Below are positions 16,655 to 24,936 of a DNA stretch of 35,774 nt, piece by piece. Positions within the stretch are counted from its first letter, which is position 1. Each line of letters opens with the position of its first letter. The notes under the pieces were generated by a model. It had not been told where the DNA came from, did not search any database, and saw only the letters and a program-made list of their open reading frames with translations. The stretch is from the IMG/VR virus record IMGVR_UViG_2534681674_000025; one strand, given 5' to 3'. The stretch comes from a virus (taxonomy: Duplodnaviria; Heunggongvirae; Uroviricota; Caudoviricetes). The position numbers and the translations under genes were made by a program.

Positions 16655-17455
16655 ATGATTACTCCTGCACAACAACACTGGCAGAACGTGATGGCACAGC
16701 GCGCAGGCCGGGCGAATGAAGGTGTGGACCACGCCGCGCGTACCGCGCATGAAGAGGTGCTGTATCGTCTGCGTCTGGCACAGGCCAGGCTAAAGGGCGT
16801 ACAGGCCAGAAGCGCGAAAGCCGCCATCAAAAAAGAGTTGTTGCCGGACTTTTCCGGCTGGATTGAGGGAACGCTGGAGACTGACGGCGGGCAACAGGAC
16901 GAAGTAATTGCCACGCTGATGGTGTGGGCGATTGACTGCGGCGATCTTCCGCTGGCGCTGCGTATTGGTGCATATGTGGTCCGTCACAACCTCATCATGC
17001 CGGATAACTTTGGCCGTACTGCTGCCACGGTACTGACCGAAGAAATCTGCAACCCGGTACTGACGCAGGCCGGGACGGATGCCGACGCGGATTTATCCGC
17101 CTTTATCGAACCACTGGACACACTTTGGGAAATTGTCGCCAACCAGGACATGCCGGACGAAGTGCGCGCCAAATTATGCAAGGCGTGTGCCTTTGCCCGT
17201 CGTGGCCTGACAGATGCAGACAACATGGCCTCATCACTGAAGCTGCTGCGCGAAGCGATGCACCTGAACCCGAACGCAGGTGTGAAACGCGAGATTGCAA
17301 CCCTTTCCCGCGCCCTGAAAAAAGCCGATTCCGCAGCCGCACCAGAAGACGCCAGCGCACAGCAGACGCAGGACGAAAGCAGCAAAAGTAAAAAGACAAC
17401 GCAGAAGCCTGCAACACGAAAAACCACCGCGTCGCAGAAGGCGAAGCGCGGTTAA
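16655..17455 (+). CDS. M: Terminase small (endonuclease) subunit, gpM homologue (266 aa)
   Basis: KKELLPDF...ADMPDEVRAKL...AGVKREI matches gpM as recalled; basic K/R-rich C-terminal tail. Confidence 0.9.
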   Translation: MITPAQQHWQNVMAQRAGRANEGVDHAARTAHEEVLYRLRLAQARLKGVQARSAKAAIKKELLPDFSGWIEGTLETDGGQQDEVIATLMVWAIDCGDLPLALRIGAYVVRHNLIMPDNFGRTAATVLTEEICNPVLTQAGTDADADLSAFIEPLDTLWEIVANQDMPDEVRAKLCKACAFARRGLTDADNMASSLKLLREAMHLNPNAGVKREIATLSRALKKADSAAAPEDASAQQTQDESSKSKKTTQKPATRKTTASQKAKRG

Positions 17456-17558
17456 CGACTGACCCCGTCAGCGGGCGGCGTGCGCGGTGTTCCGGTTTGA
17501 CTCCGTGACCGTTTACACCGCGCACCCACCGCCCGATTTTTTTTCAGGAGTGAACTCC

Positions 17559-18053
17559 ATGAGTATGGTTGCCAGAACTGAACCAGGACCCGCAGAGGAC
17601 GACATCACCGATACCGATGATGGCGACACTCGCATTTCAGCAGGTGCATTCTGGCCGGATATTGTGCTGCGCGAGCTGCGTCTGGCGGTACGACTGCCGG
17701 GCCGCGTGACCACCTCCCGCCTGCTGCATACCGCCACTGGGGCCGTGGCTCACGTTACCCGCGAACTGGAAGCGTGGCAGCAGGAACAGCAGGCGGCTGG
17801 CCATCAGACGCTGGCCGATGTTCCGGCACCCGTAATTAACGGAGAAAGCGTCAATCTCTGGCACTGGCGCAATGCTGTTTATACCGCCACACGTGCCCTG
17901 ATTCTGGAGCGTTACCGCGATGCGGACACAACGGACAAGGGCGATCGCCGGGCGGACGCACTGGATATACAGACATCGGATTTGTGGCGCGATGTGAGCT
18001 GGGCCATCTCTGACATTCTGTGCCGCCCGCGAATCTTTGCGGAGTTGTGCTGA
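17559..18053 (+). CDS. L: Head completion/stabilisation protein, gpL homologue (164 aa)
   Basis: Position after M, size matches P2 gpL; CAGGAG RBS before ATG 17559. Confidence 0.85.
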   Translation: MSMVARTEPGPAEDDITDTDDGDTRISAGAFWPDIVLRELRLAVRLPGRVTTSRLLHTATGAVAHVTRELEAWQQEQQAAGHQTLADVPAPVINGESVNLWHWRNAVYTATRALILERYRDADTTDKGDRRADALDIQTSDLWRDVSWAISDILCRPRIFAELC

Positions 18054-18253
18054 TGAAAGTGAAGGCACTGGAAGACGACACCGTGGATTCGCTCTGTTTC
18101 CGGTACTACGGCACGACGCAGGGCGTCACCGAAAAGGTGCTGGATGCCAACCCCGGACTCTGTCAGCAGGTATTTCTGGACGCCGGGCAGGAAGTGGAGA
18201 TGCCGGAGCCGGAGAAGAAGAAACGAGAAATGATTCAGTTGTGGGGGGAGTAG
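18053..18253 (+). CDS. X: Tail protein X homologue (66 aa)
   Basis: MKVKALEDDTVDSLCFRYYGTTQGVTEKVLDANPGL parallels P2 gpX as recalled; ATGA overlap with L. Confidence 0.8.
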   Translation: MKVKALEDDTVDSLCFRYYGTTQGVTEKVLDANPGLCQQVFLDAGQEVEMPEPEKKKREMIQLWGE

Positions 18254-18255
18254 CA

Positions 18256-18579
18256 GTGAGCACCATTCAAACAGGGATCACAGAGCAGGTTATTGCGTGG
18301 CTCTTTGACCACCTGCCAACGGTGTATGCAGTAGGCGCGGCGGTCAGCATTTCCGCGCTGATGAGTCTTTATGACGGACGAACACTGGTTCAGACCGTAA
18401 CGGGATCGCTGGCGTGCGGCGTTCTTGCCATGGCCGTGGCCGGGTCGTTGCGCTTCTTCGGGTTTCCTGAAGATGCCGTAACGTTTATCGGCGCATCAAT
18501 CGGTTTTATGGGGGCAGAGAAAGTACGCGACAAGGTTATTGCGGCCTTTAATCGCAGGGTGAAGGAGAAGGACGAATGA
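18256..18579 (+). CDS. Holin (107 aa, GTG start)
   Basis: Three hydrophobic segments and a charged C-terminus (RRVKEKDE); GGGGGGAG RBS; immediately precedes the endolysin. Confidence 0.65.
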   Translation: MSTIQTGITEQVIAWLFDHLPTVYAVGAAVSISALMSLYDGRTLVQTVTGSLACGVLAMAVAGSLRFFGFPEDAVTFIGASIGFMGAEKVRDKVIAAFNRRVKEKDE

Positions 18580-18968
18580 GCAACACATTTAAATTCAGCA
18601 GCCGGAGCGAAAAGAATTTGCAGGGCGTAAATCCTGATCTGGTGAAAGTGACCCGACGGGCACTGGAAATTTCGGAAGTGGATTTTGGTATCACCGAAGG
18701 ATTGCGCAGCCGTTACCGCCAGAAGCAACTTGTGGCCACGGGTAAGAGCCATACCATAAACAGCCGCCACCTTACGGGGCATGCCGTGGATGTTGTGGCT
18801 TATGTCGGCAGCCAGGTGTCATGGGAATGGCCGCTGTACGAAAAAATCGCAGCAGCATTCAGACAGGCCAGCCAGGAACTGAATATTCCGGTGGAATGGG
18901 GCGGCGACTGGAAGACCCTGAAAGACGGACCGCATTTTCAGTTACCACACGGAGCCTATCCGGCATGA
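18576..18968 (+). CDS. Endolysin, peptidase M15 family (L-alanyl-D-glutamate endopeptidase type, 130 aa)
   Basis: Zinc-binding motifs SRHLTGHAVDV and DGPHFQL typical of M15 peptidoglycan peptidases; overlaps the holin stop. Confidence 0.85.
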   Translation: MSNTFKFSSRSEKNLQGVNPDLVKVTRRALEISEVDFGITEGLRSRYRQKQLVATGKSHTINSRHLTGHAVDVVAYVGSQVSWEWPLYEKIAAAFRQASQELNIPVEWGGDWKTLKDGPHFQLPHGAYPA

Positions 18969-19372
18969 AGCTCTGGCCCACGCTTGGCGTCGCTTTCCTT
19001 CTGATTGCCGCATGGGGAACATCCATGCGTCTGTCGTGGTCGCTGGGCCGGGAGAACGCCAGAAACGAAGCGCAGACCAGCACCCTGAAAAGTACCGTCG
19101 ACACACTGAATATCATCAGCGCCGGGGTACAGGATATGCAGCAGGTGCTGGCTCAACTCCGCGCGGAAAATCAGCAACGCAATCAGGACGGAGAGGTAAG
19201 ACGTGAACAGCTACGCAACGATATTGCAAAAGATGAATGCGCCCACGCTTTGCCTGACGCTCGTTTTACTGACAGGTTGCGCAGGCACGCAGAACGCGCC
19301 ACGGCCAGCGCCGTCAGTCCGGCTTATACCGCAGACGCTGACCATGCCGGTAACGCCTCCCCCCTTCCCTGA
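18965..19372 (+). CDS. i-spanin (Rz/LysB-like, 135 aa)
   Basis: N-terminal transmembrane helix (LGVAFLLIAAWGTSM) then a coiled-coil-like periplasmic domain; ATGA overlap with the endolysin. Confidence 0.7.
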   Translation: MKLWPTLGVAFLLIAAWGTSMRLSWSLGRENARNEAQTSTLKSTVDTLNIISAGVQDMQQVLAQLRAENQQRNQDGEVRREQLRNDIAKDECAHALPDARFTDRLRRHAERATASAVSPAYTADADHAGNASPLP

Positions 19373-19514
19373 CCCACCCACATGGGGAAACCTCGGAATA
19401 TGGGGCGACCGCCTTCTGGATGCACTGGAAACCTGTAACGCGGATAAACGGGCCATTGCTGAACTGGATAAGAGAATAGCCGAACTGACACACCAGACGG
19501 GAGTAACACAATGA
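19233..19514 (+). CDS. o-spanin lipoprotein (Rz1/LysC-like, 93 aa) overlapping the i-spanin in another frame
   Basis: Lipobox LLTGC after a short signal sequence; proline-rich mature region; overlapping arrangement as in P2 lysB/lysC. Confidence 0.6.
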   Translation: MNAPTLCLTLVLLTGCAGTQNAPRPAPSVRLIPQTLTMPVTPPPFPDPPTWGNLGIWGDRLLDALETCNADKRAIAELDKRIAELTHQTGVTQ

Positions 19515-21391
19515 CCAGTAAGAACTTTGCACTGATTACAGCCATGACACAGGCTGAACTGACCCGGAAAGTGAATGAATATCTTGCGAAGGGGTGGCAT
19601 CTTCAGGGGGACACACGGGTAGCTTACGAGCCCGGCACCCCGTGGTATCTCATGCAGGCCATGGTGGCCGATGGTGCCACCGAGACGCCCTCTGAGCCAT
19701 TACCAAACAACAAGACGCCGGAATGGTACTACGTGGTTGTGCTTGCCGGGCAGTCCAACGGCATGGCTTACGGTGAAGGGCTTCCGTTACCGGATTCTTA
19801 CGATGCTCCGGATCCGCGCATTAAACAGCTGGCGCGCCGCAGTACGGTACCCCCGGGTGGAGAGGGTTGTACGTATAACGACATCATCCCGGCTGACCAC
19901 TGTCTGCATGATGTGCAGGATATGAGTACGCTGAATCATCCGAAGGCGGACCTGAGCAAAGGTCAGTACGGCTGTGTGGGACAGGGACTTCATATTGCCA
20001 AAAAACTACTCCCGTATATCCCGAATAACGCGGGGATCCTGCTGGTACCATGCTGTCGTGGTGGTTCGGCATTCACTCAGGGCGCGGAGGGAACATTCAG
20101 TACGACCACGGGGGCCAGCCAGGATTCGGCGCGCTGGGGTGCGGGTAAGCCGTTATATCAGGACCTGATCGCACGCACCAAAGCGGCATTACAGAAGAAC
20201 CCGAAAAATGTGTTGCTGGCGGTGTGCTGGATGCAGGGCGAATTTGACATGAGCGCTGCCACCTACGCACAGCAACCGGACCTGTTCACGGCCATGCTGA
20301 AGCAGTTCCGTACTGACCTTTCCGGATTTAACGCGCAGTGCCATGGCGGCAGTGCTGCAGTTATACCGTGGATTTGTGGCGACACGACGTATTACTGGAA
20401 AAACACATACGGCACACAGTATGACTCCGTCTACGGCGCGTACAAAAACAGGGAGAGCGACAACGTTTTCTTTGTGCCGTTCATGACCGACGGTAACGGC
20501 AACAACACGCCCACCAACTTACCGGCAGAAGACCCGGATATTGCTGATGCAGGTTATTACGGCGCGCAATCCCGTAGTAATGGTAATTGGGTATCGTCAA
20601 ATCGTCCGACACATTTCAGTTCATGGGCACGCAGGGGCATTATTTCGGATCGCCTGGCAACCGCTATTCTGAACGCAGTTGGTCGAACCAGCGCCTTCAT
20701 CAGCGGTACCGCACCGGAAATCAAACCCTCGCCCGGCGGCGACACTCCATCGGGGCCGTCTGATGGTGACACATCCGTTCGTACAGTCTCCCTGCTGCCG
20801 ACAGCCGGAGAGGCTGCTGCGCAGGGCTGGACCATCACCGGCGGCAGTGTTGCGCTGGAAGATGGTGTGTTTAAGGTTACCAAGCAGAGCAATAAAACTT
20901 GGTCCCTGATGCATCCGGTGGATGACGCAGTCTCCCTGCTGACACGGGGTGGCAGACTGAGCTGTAAGTTTCGACTGTCAGGCGCACTGACCAACAACCA
21001 GTTCGGTCTGGGAATTTATCTGTATACCGATGTAGCGTTACCTGACGTCGTGGCGATGACCGGGACTGGTAACCCGTTCCTGATGTCGTTCTTCACCCAG
21101 ACCACAGACGGCAAACTGAATCTGATGCATCACAAGAAAGCCGGAAACACAAAGTTGGGCGAGTTCGGGAATTACAGTAACGACTGGCAGACGCTGGAGC
21201 TGGTGTTCACCGCCGGCAGTGCCACGGTTACTCCGAAACTGAATGGAGTGGCTGGCCCGGCATTCCAGGTCATAAAAGACAGTCTGACACTGGGGCTGAA
21301 TGCGCTGACGTTAACTGATATCACTAAAAATGCCGCGTACGGCGTCGATATCGGCAGCCTGGTGCTGGAAATCAATAATCCCGCAGTATAA
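19511..21391 (+). CDS. NanS-p-like O-acetyl esterase (DUF1737 + SASA/SGNH hydrolase domains, 626 aa), moron
   Basis: N-terminal DUF1737-like segment (AMTQAELTRKVNEYLAKGWHLQGD); SGNH-type catalytic motif VLAGQSNGMAYGEG; architecture of prophage-encoded NanS-p esterases of enterohaemorrhagic E. coli as recalled. Confidence 0.8.
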   Translation: MTSKNFALITAMTQAELTRKVNEYLAKGWHLQGDTRVAYEPGTPWYLMQAMVADGATETPSEPLPNNKTPEWYYVVVLAGQSNGMAYGEGLPLPDSYDAPDPRIKQLARRSTVPPGGEGCTYNDIIPADHCLHDVQDMSTLNHPKADLSKGQYGCVGQGLHIAKKLLPYIPNNAGILLVPCCRGGSAFTQGAEGTFSTTTGASQDSARWGAGKPLYQDLIARTKAALQKNPKNVLLAVCWMQGEFDMSAATYAQQPDLFTAMLKQFRTDLSGFNAQCHGGSAAVIPWICGDTTYYWKNTYGTQYDSVYGAYKNRESDNVFFVPFMTDGNGNNTPTNLPAEDPDIADAGYYGAQSRSNGNWVSSNRPTHFSSWARRGIISDRLATAILNAVGRTSAFISGTAPEIKPSPGGDTPSGPSDGDTSVRTVSLLPTAGEAAAQGWTITGGSVALEDGVFKVTKQSNKTWSLMHPVDDAVSLLTRGGRLSCKFRLSGALTNNQFGLGIYLYTDVALPDVVAMTGTGNPFLMSFFTQTTDGKLNLMHHKKAGNTKLGEFGNYSNDWQTLELVFTAGSATVTPKLNGVAGPAFQVIKDSLTLGLNALTLTDITKNAAYGVDIGSLVLEINNPAV

Positions 21392-21414
21392 GGAAGAGCA
21401 GGAGAGCAAAACAG

Positions 21415-21882
21415 ATGCTTAAGACAAACAGTCTGCGAGAGTCCATGCTTCATGGATGTCGGTGGTGCCAGGCTAATCCCGAGAAATTCACCATTTTCGT
21501 GGAGAGCGGCAACATTGAAACGACCGGAGAAGCGCCCTCGTTTGTTTACCGCTATCAGATGGTGATGTTTGTCATGGATTACGCCGGAGAGCTGGACGAC
21601 CTCACGCTGCCGCTGCTGGCGTGGTTATCCGAAAATCAGCCACAGTTGTTGCTCAATCCGGAGCGTAATCAGGACATCAAATTTTCTGCCGTTATCAATG
21701 ACGATGACAGCGCCGATCTCCTGTTTACGCTCCCCCTGCGGGAACGCGTTCGCATCACGCGCAACAGTCAGGGCACACCGCAGGCAGAACACCTGCCGGA
21801 GCCAAAACCCCGTCTGCCTTCTTCCGAAGGCGACTGGTCGCATGTATTCCAGGATGTGACGTGGGGTGAAAGCGATGGATAA
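21415..21882 (+). CDS. R: Tail completion protein, gpR homologue (155 aa)
   Basis: Size identical to P2 gpR (155 aa); MLK...SLR N-terminus and LAWL.ENQP core recalled from gpR. Confidence 0.85.
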   Translation: MLKTNSLRESMLHGCRWCQANPEKFTIFVESGNIETTGEAPSFVYRYQMVMFVMDYAGELDDLTLPLLAWLSENQPQLLLNPERNQDIKFSAVINDDDSADLLFTLPLRERVRITRNSQGTPQAEHLPEPKPRLPSSEGDWSHVFQDVTWGESDG

Positions 21883-22510
21883 GGCATTCACCCGCGTGGA
21901 TGAAACCTTTGAGGCTATCCGCGACAGCCTGAATCAGCAGGCCATCAATAACATCGCCAGAAAGCTGGCACAGGATTTACGTCGCGCCCAGCAGGCACGT
22001 ATCCGGTCACAAAAAGCGCCGGACGGGACCGAATGGACACCACGCAGACGCCGCGTAACCCGGATATAGGAGCGCATTCGCTTTATCTGGAATAACGAAG
22101 CACGCACGCTGAAAAACTGGCATCACGACACGGGGAAATACGGGCGAACCATTACCGGGTGGGATGAGGATAAAAACAATATCCGCACGTTTTACCGGGA
22201 TGACATCGACCGTTTTCTGGAAATACGCACCCGGCGCATCAACCAGGACAGCACAAAGCGCGTCCCCATGTTCGTAAAACTGCGCACCGCCCGCTACCTG
22301 AAAGCCCGTGCAGATGCCTCCGGTGTGACGGTGGGTTACAGCGGCGTGGCCGCACGTATTGCACGCGTTCATCAGTTCGGTGAGCGCGATCAGGTTGCGC
22401 CGGGCATTTTCACCGATTACCCGGTACGTGAGCTGTTGGGTATCAGCCAGGCAGATGAGCGCCTGATTTATAACACGGTGCTGGGCCGGATTGCGGAGGC
22501 TGTACGGTGA
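21875..22510 (+). pseudogene. S: Tail completion/virion morphogenesis gene S interrupted by a 171-bp in-frame insertion carrying a TAG codon
   Basis: N-part (64 codons) ends at TAG 22067-22069; frame stays open to 22510; C-part carries the conserved VGYSGVAARIARVHQFG motif. Segment 22064-22234 is flanked by direct repeat ACCCGG (22058-22063, 22229-22234); removing it gives about 154 codons, matching P2 S (150 aa as recalled). Confidence 0.7.
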
Positions 22511-23088
22511 GCGCAGAACTCATGCGACTGCTGAGCAACATCATCCGCACCGGGATCATCTCTGAAGTTGATGAGAAGTCCTGGCGCGTGCGCGTTCGCA
22601 GCGGCGAACTGGAAACAGGCTGGTTGCGCTGGAACACCACGCGCGCGGGAGCCTTCAATGTGTGGCTGCCGCCATCACCAGGCGAACAGGTGGTAATTGC
22701 CTGCATTGGCGGCAACCCGGAAACCGCCATGATAATTGGCAGCCTGTGGAGTGATGCCAGTCCGGCCCCCGGCAAAAGCCTGAAAGAAATCGTGGTCAGC
22801 GCGCCGGATGGCGCGGTGTTCCGCTACGACGCAGACGCTGGCGCACTGAGCGCCAGCGGCATGAAAACAGCCACCCTGCAGGCATCCGTCAGCGTGACAC
22901 TGGATACGCCCGTCGTGGAATGCACAAACCTTCTGAGAACAGCGACGCTTGACGTCACAAAAGGGGGAAAGATGAGCGGCAATATCACGCACAGCGGCGG
23001 CAACTTCACCTCAAACGGCATCACAGTGCATACGCATAAACACGGTGGCGTTAAAGGTGGCAGCGATTCGACAGGAGGCCCGCAGTGA
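22507..23088 (+). CDS. V: Baseplate spike/assembly protein, gpV homologue (GTG start; alternative ATG at 22522)
   Basis: Position and size; glycine-rich C-terminus with HTHKHGG metal-binding-like motif typical of gpV spikes. Confidence 0.88.
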   Translation: MSAELMRLLSNIIRTGIISEVDEKSWRVRVRSGELETGWLRWNTTRAGAFNVWLPPSPGEQVVIACIGGNPETAMIIGSLWSDASPAPGKSLKEIVVSAPDGAVFRYDADAGALSASGMKTATLQASVSVTLDTPVVECTNLLRTATLDVTKGGKMSGNITHSGGNFTSNGITVHTHKHGGVKGGSDSTGGPQ

Positions 23089-23435
23089 CAGCCCGCTACA
23101 CAGGAATGAACCCGGACGGGACGGGAAACCTGAATGATATGGAGCACCTGAAACAGTCAGCCAGGGACATCCTGACCACCCCGCTGGCCAGCCGGGTTAT
23201 GCGACGGGAATATGGCAGCCTTGTACCTGATTTGATTGACGAACCCATGAATAACACCACGCGTCTGCAATGCATGAGTGCTGCCGTGATTGCGCTGACA
23301 CGATGGGAACCCCGCATTGCCCTGGACGCCATCGACGTTGTCTGGAAAGCGGGAGGCCGCGCCGGGGTGACGCTGTCGGGCACTGTCATGCAGACCATGC
23401 AGAATGTTGAGTTAACCATCACGCTGAGGGAGTAA
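23085..23435 (+). CDS. W: Baseplate wedge protein, gpW homologue (116 aa)
   Basis: Size matches P2 gpW (115 aa); gpW/gp25-like. Confidence 0.88.
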   Translation: MTARYTGMNPDGTGNLNDMEHLKQSARDILTTPLASRVMRREYGSLVPDLIDEPMNNTTRLQCMSAAVIALTRWEPRIALDAIDVVWKAGGRAGVTLSGTVMQTMQNVELTITLRE

Positions 23436-23438
23436 ATC

Positions 23439-24335
23439 ATGCCTGCTGTTGACCTTTCCCAGTTACCGGAACCCGCCATCATCGCGGAGCCTGACTTTGA
23501 AGCAATTCTGGCTGACACAAAGGCCATGATGATTGCGTCCTATCCTGCCGAACAGCGTGAAGCCGTCTCCGCCGCGCTGGAGCTGGAATCGGAGCCCCTG
23601 AACGTTATCGCTCAAACCATGTCTTTTCGTGAAATGCTGTTACGCCAGCGGGTTAACGAGGGCGCACGCGCCTGCATGTTAAGCCACGGTTCAGGGACAA
23701 ACCTGGACAACCTCGCGGGCAATATGAACACAAAGCGCCTGGTTATCACTCCGGCAACGGATACCACCGACGCGGTGATGGAGAGCGACACCTCGCTGAG
23801 ACTGCGGGCGCAGCGGGCGTATGACGGCCTGAGTGTTGCTGGCCCGTCAGGTGCATACGAGTATTTTGCACGCAGCGCCAGCGGTCTGGTGCGTGATGCG
23901 CGGGCCATCAGCCCGTCTCCGGCCTGTGTGACGGTTTCCATTCTGTCCACTGAAGGCGACGGCACAGCAACGGAGGCGTTGCTTAATACCGTTCGCGCCG
24001 TTCTGAATGCAGAGGATACCCGCCCGGTGGCCGACCGCCTGACGGTACAGAGCGCCAGAATCGTGACATGGCGGCTGAATGCAAAACTGTACTTTTACCC
24101 CGGCCCGGAATCCGAACCTATTCTGGCCGCGGCGGAATCGTCATTCAGGAAGTGGCTGGCTGAACAGGGGCTTATCGGTCAGGACGTGGCGTTGTCCGCC
24201 ATTGCTGCCGCACTGCATGTGCACGGTGTGCAACGCGTGGAGATAATCGAACCCACACAGAATATGGCCATCAGCGACATACAGGCGGCGCGCTGTGAGT
24301 CATTCACCATCAGCGAAGGTGGGCGCAATGAGTAA
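23439..24335 (+). CDS. J: Baseplate assembly protein, gpJ homologue (298 aa)
   Basis: Size and position match P2 gpJ (about 302 aa). Confidence 0.9.
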   Translation: MPAVDLSQLPEPAIIAEPDFEAILADTKAMMIASYPAEQREAVSAALELESEPLNVIAQTMSFREMLLRQRVNEGARACMLSHGSGTNLDNLAGNMNTKRLVITPATDTTDAVMESDTSLRLRAQRAYDGLSVAGPSGAYEYFARSASGLVRDARAISPSPACVTVSILSTEGDGTATEALLNTVRAVLNAEDTRPVADRLTVQSARIVTWRLNAKLYFYPGPESEPILAAAESSFRKWLAEQGLIGQDVALSAIAAALHVHGVQRVEIIEPTQNMAISDIQAARCESFTISEGGRNE

Positions 24336-24936
24336 TTCACTGTTACCACCATCAGCCAGCAATTTCATGCGTTGTGCCGAAGCCGTCGGAACACGCATTA
24401 CAGACATTCCGGTAGACCTCAACACGCTGTGGTCGCCGGACACCTGCCCGGTGCATCTGCTGCCTTATCTCGCCTGGGCGTTTTCCGTTGACCGCTGGGA
24501 TCGCAACTGGCCGGAAGAGACAAAGCGACAGGTAATTCGTGATGCATGGCTGACACACCGACACAAAGGGACCATCAGCGCACTGCGAAGAGCCGTGGAG
24601 CCTCTCGGCTACCTGATTGAAGTAAAGGAGTGGTGGCAACTCAACGAGGAGCCAGGAACATTTCGCATTGTTGTCGGAGTACTTGATCAGGGCATCACCG
24701 ATGAAATGTATCAGGAACTTGAGCGCCTTATTGCGGATGCAAAACCAGTAAGTCGCCATCTGACGGGGCTGGCGATCAGCCTGAGTGTGAACGGAAAGAT
24801 TTTCGTTGGTACGGGATGCTATCACGGCGATGCCCTGACGGTTTATCCCTACACCCCGGAGTCCATTATTGTCGAAGGGGATTATTTCCCTGCCCCGGCC
24901 ATTCATTTAATTGATAATCTGAGAGTAAACGCATGA
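24328..24936 (+). CDS. I: Baseplate/tail protein, gpI homologue (202 aa)
   Basis: ATG at 24328 overlapping the J stop; position before tail-fibre gene H. Confidence 0.85.
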   Translation: MSNSLLPPSASNFMRCAEAVGTRITDIPVDLNTLWSPDTCPVHLLPYLAWAFSVDRWDRNWPEETKRQVIRDAWLTHRHKGTISALRRAVEPLGYLIEVKEWWQLNEEPGTFRIVVGVLDQGITDEMYQELERLIADAKPVSRHLTGLAISLSVNGKIFVGTGCYHGDALTVYPYTPESIIVEGDYFPAPAIHLIDNLRVNA

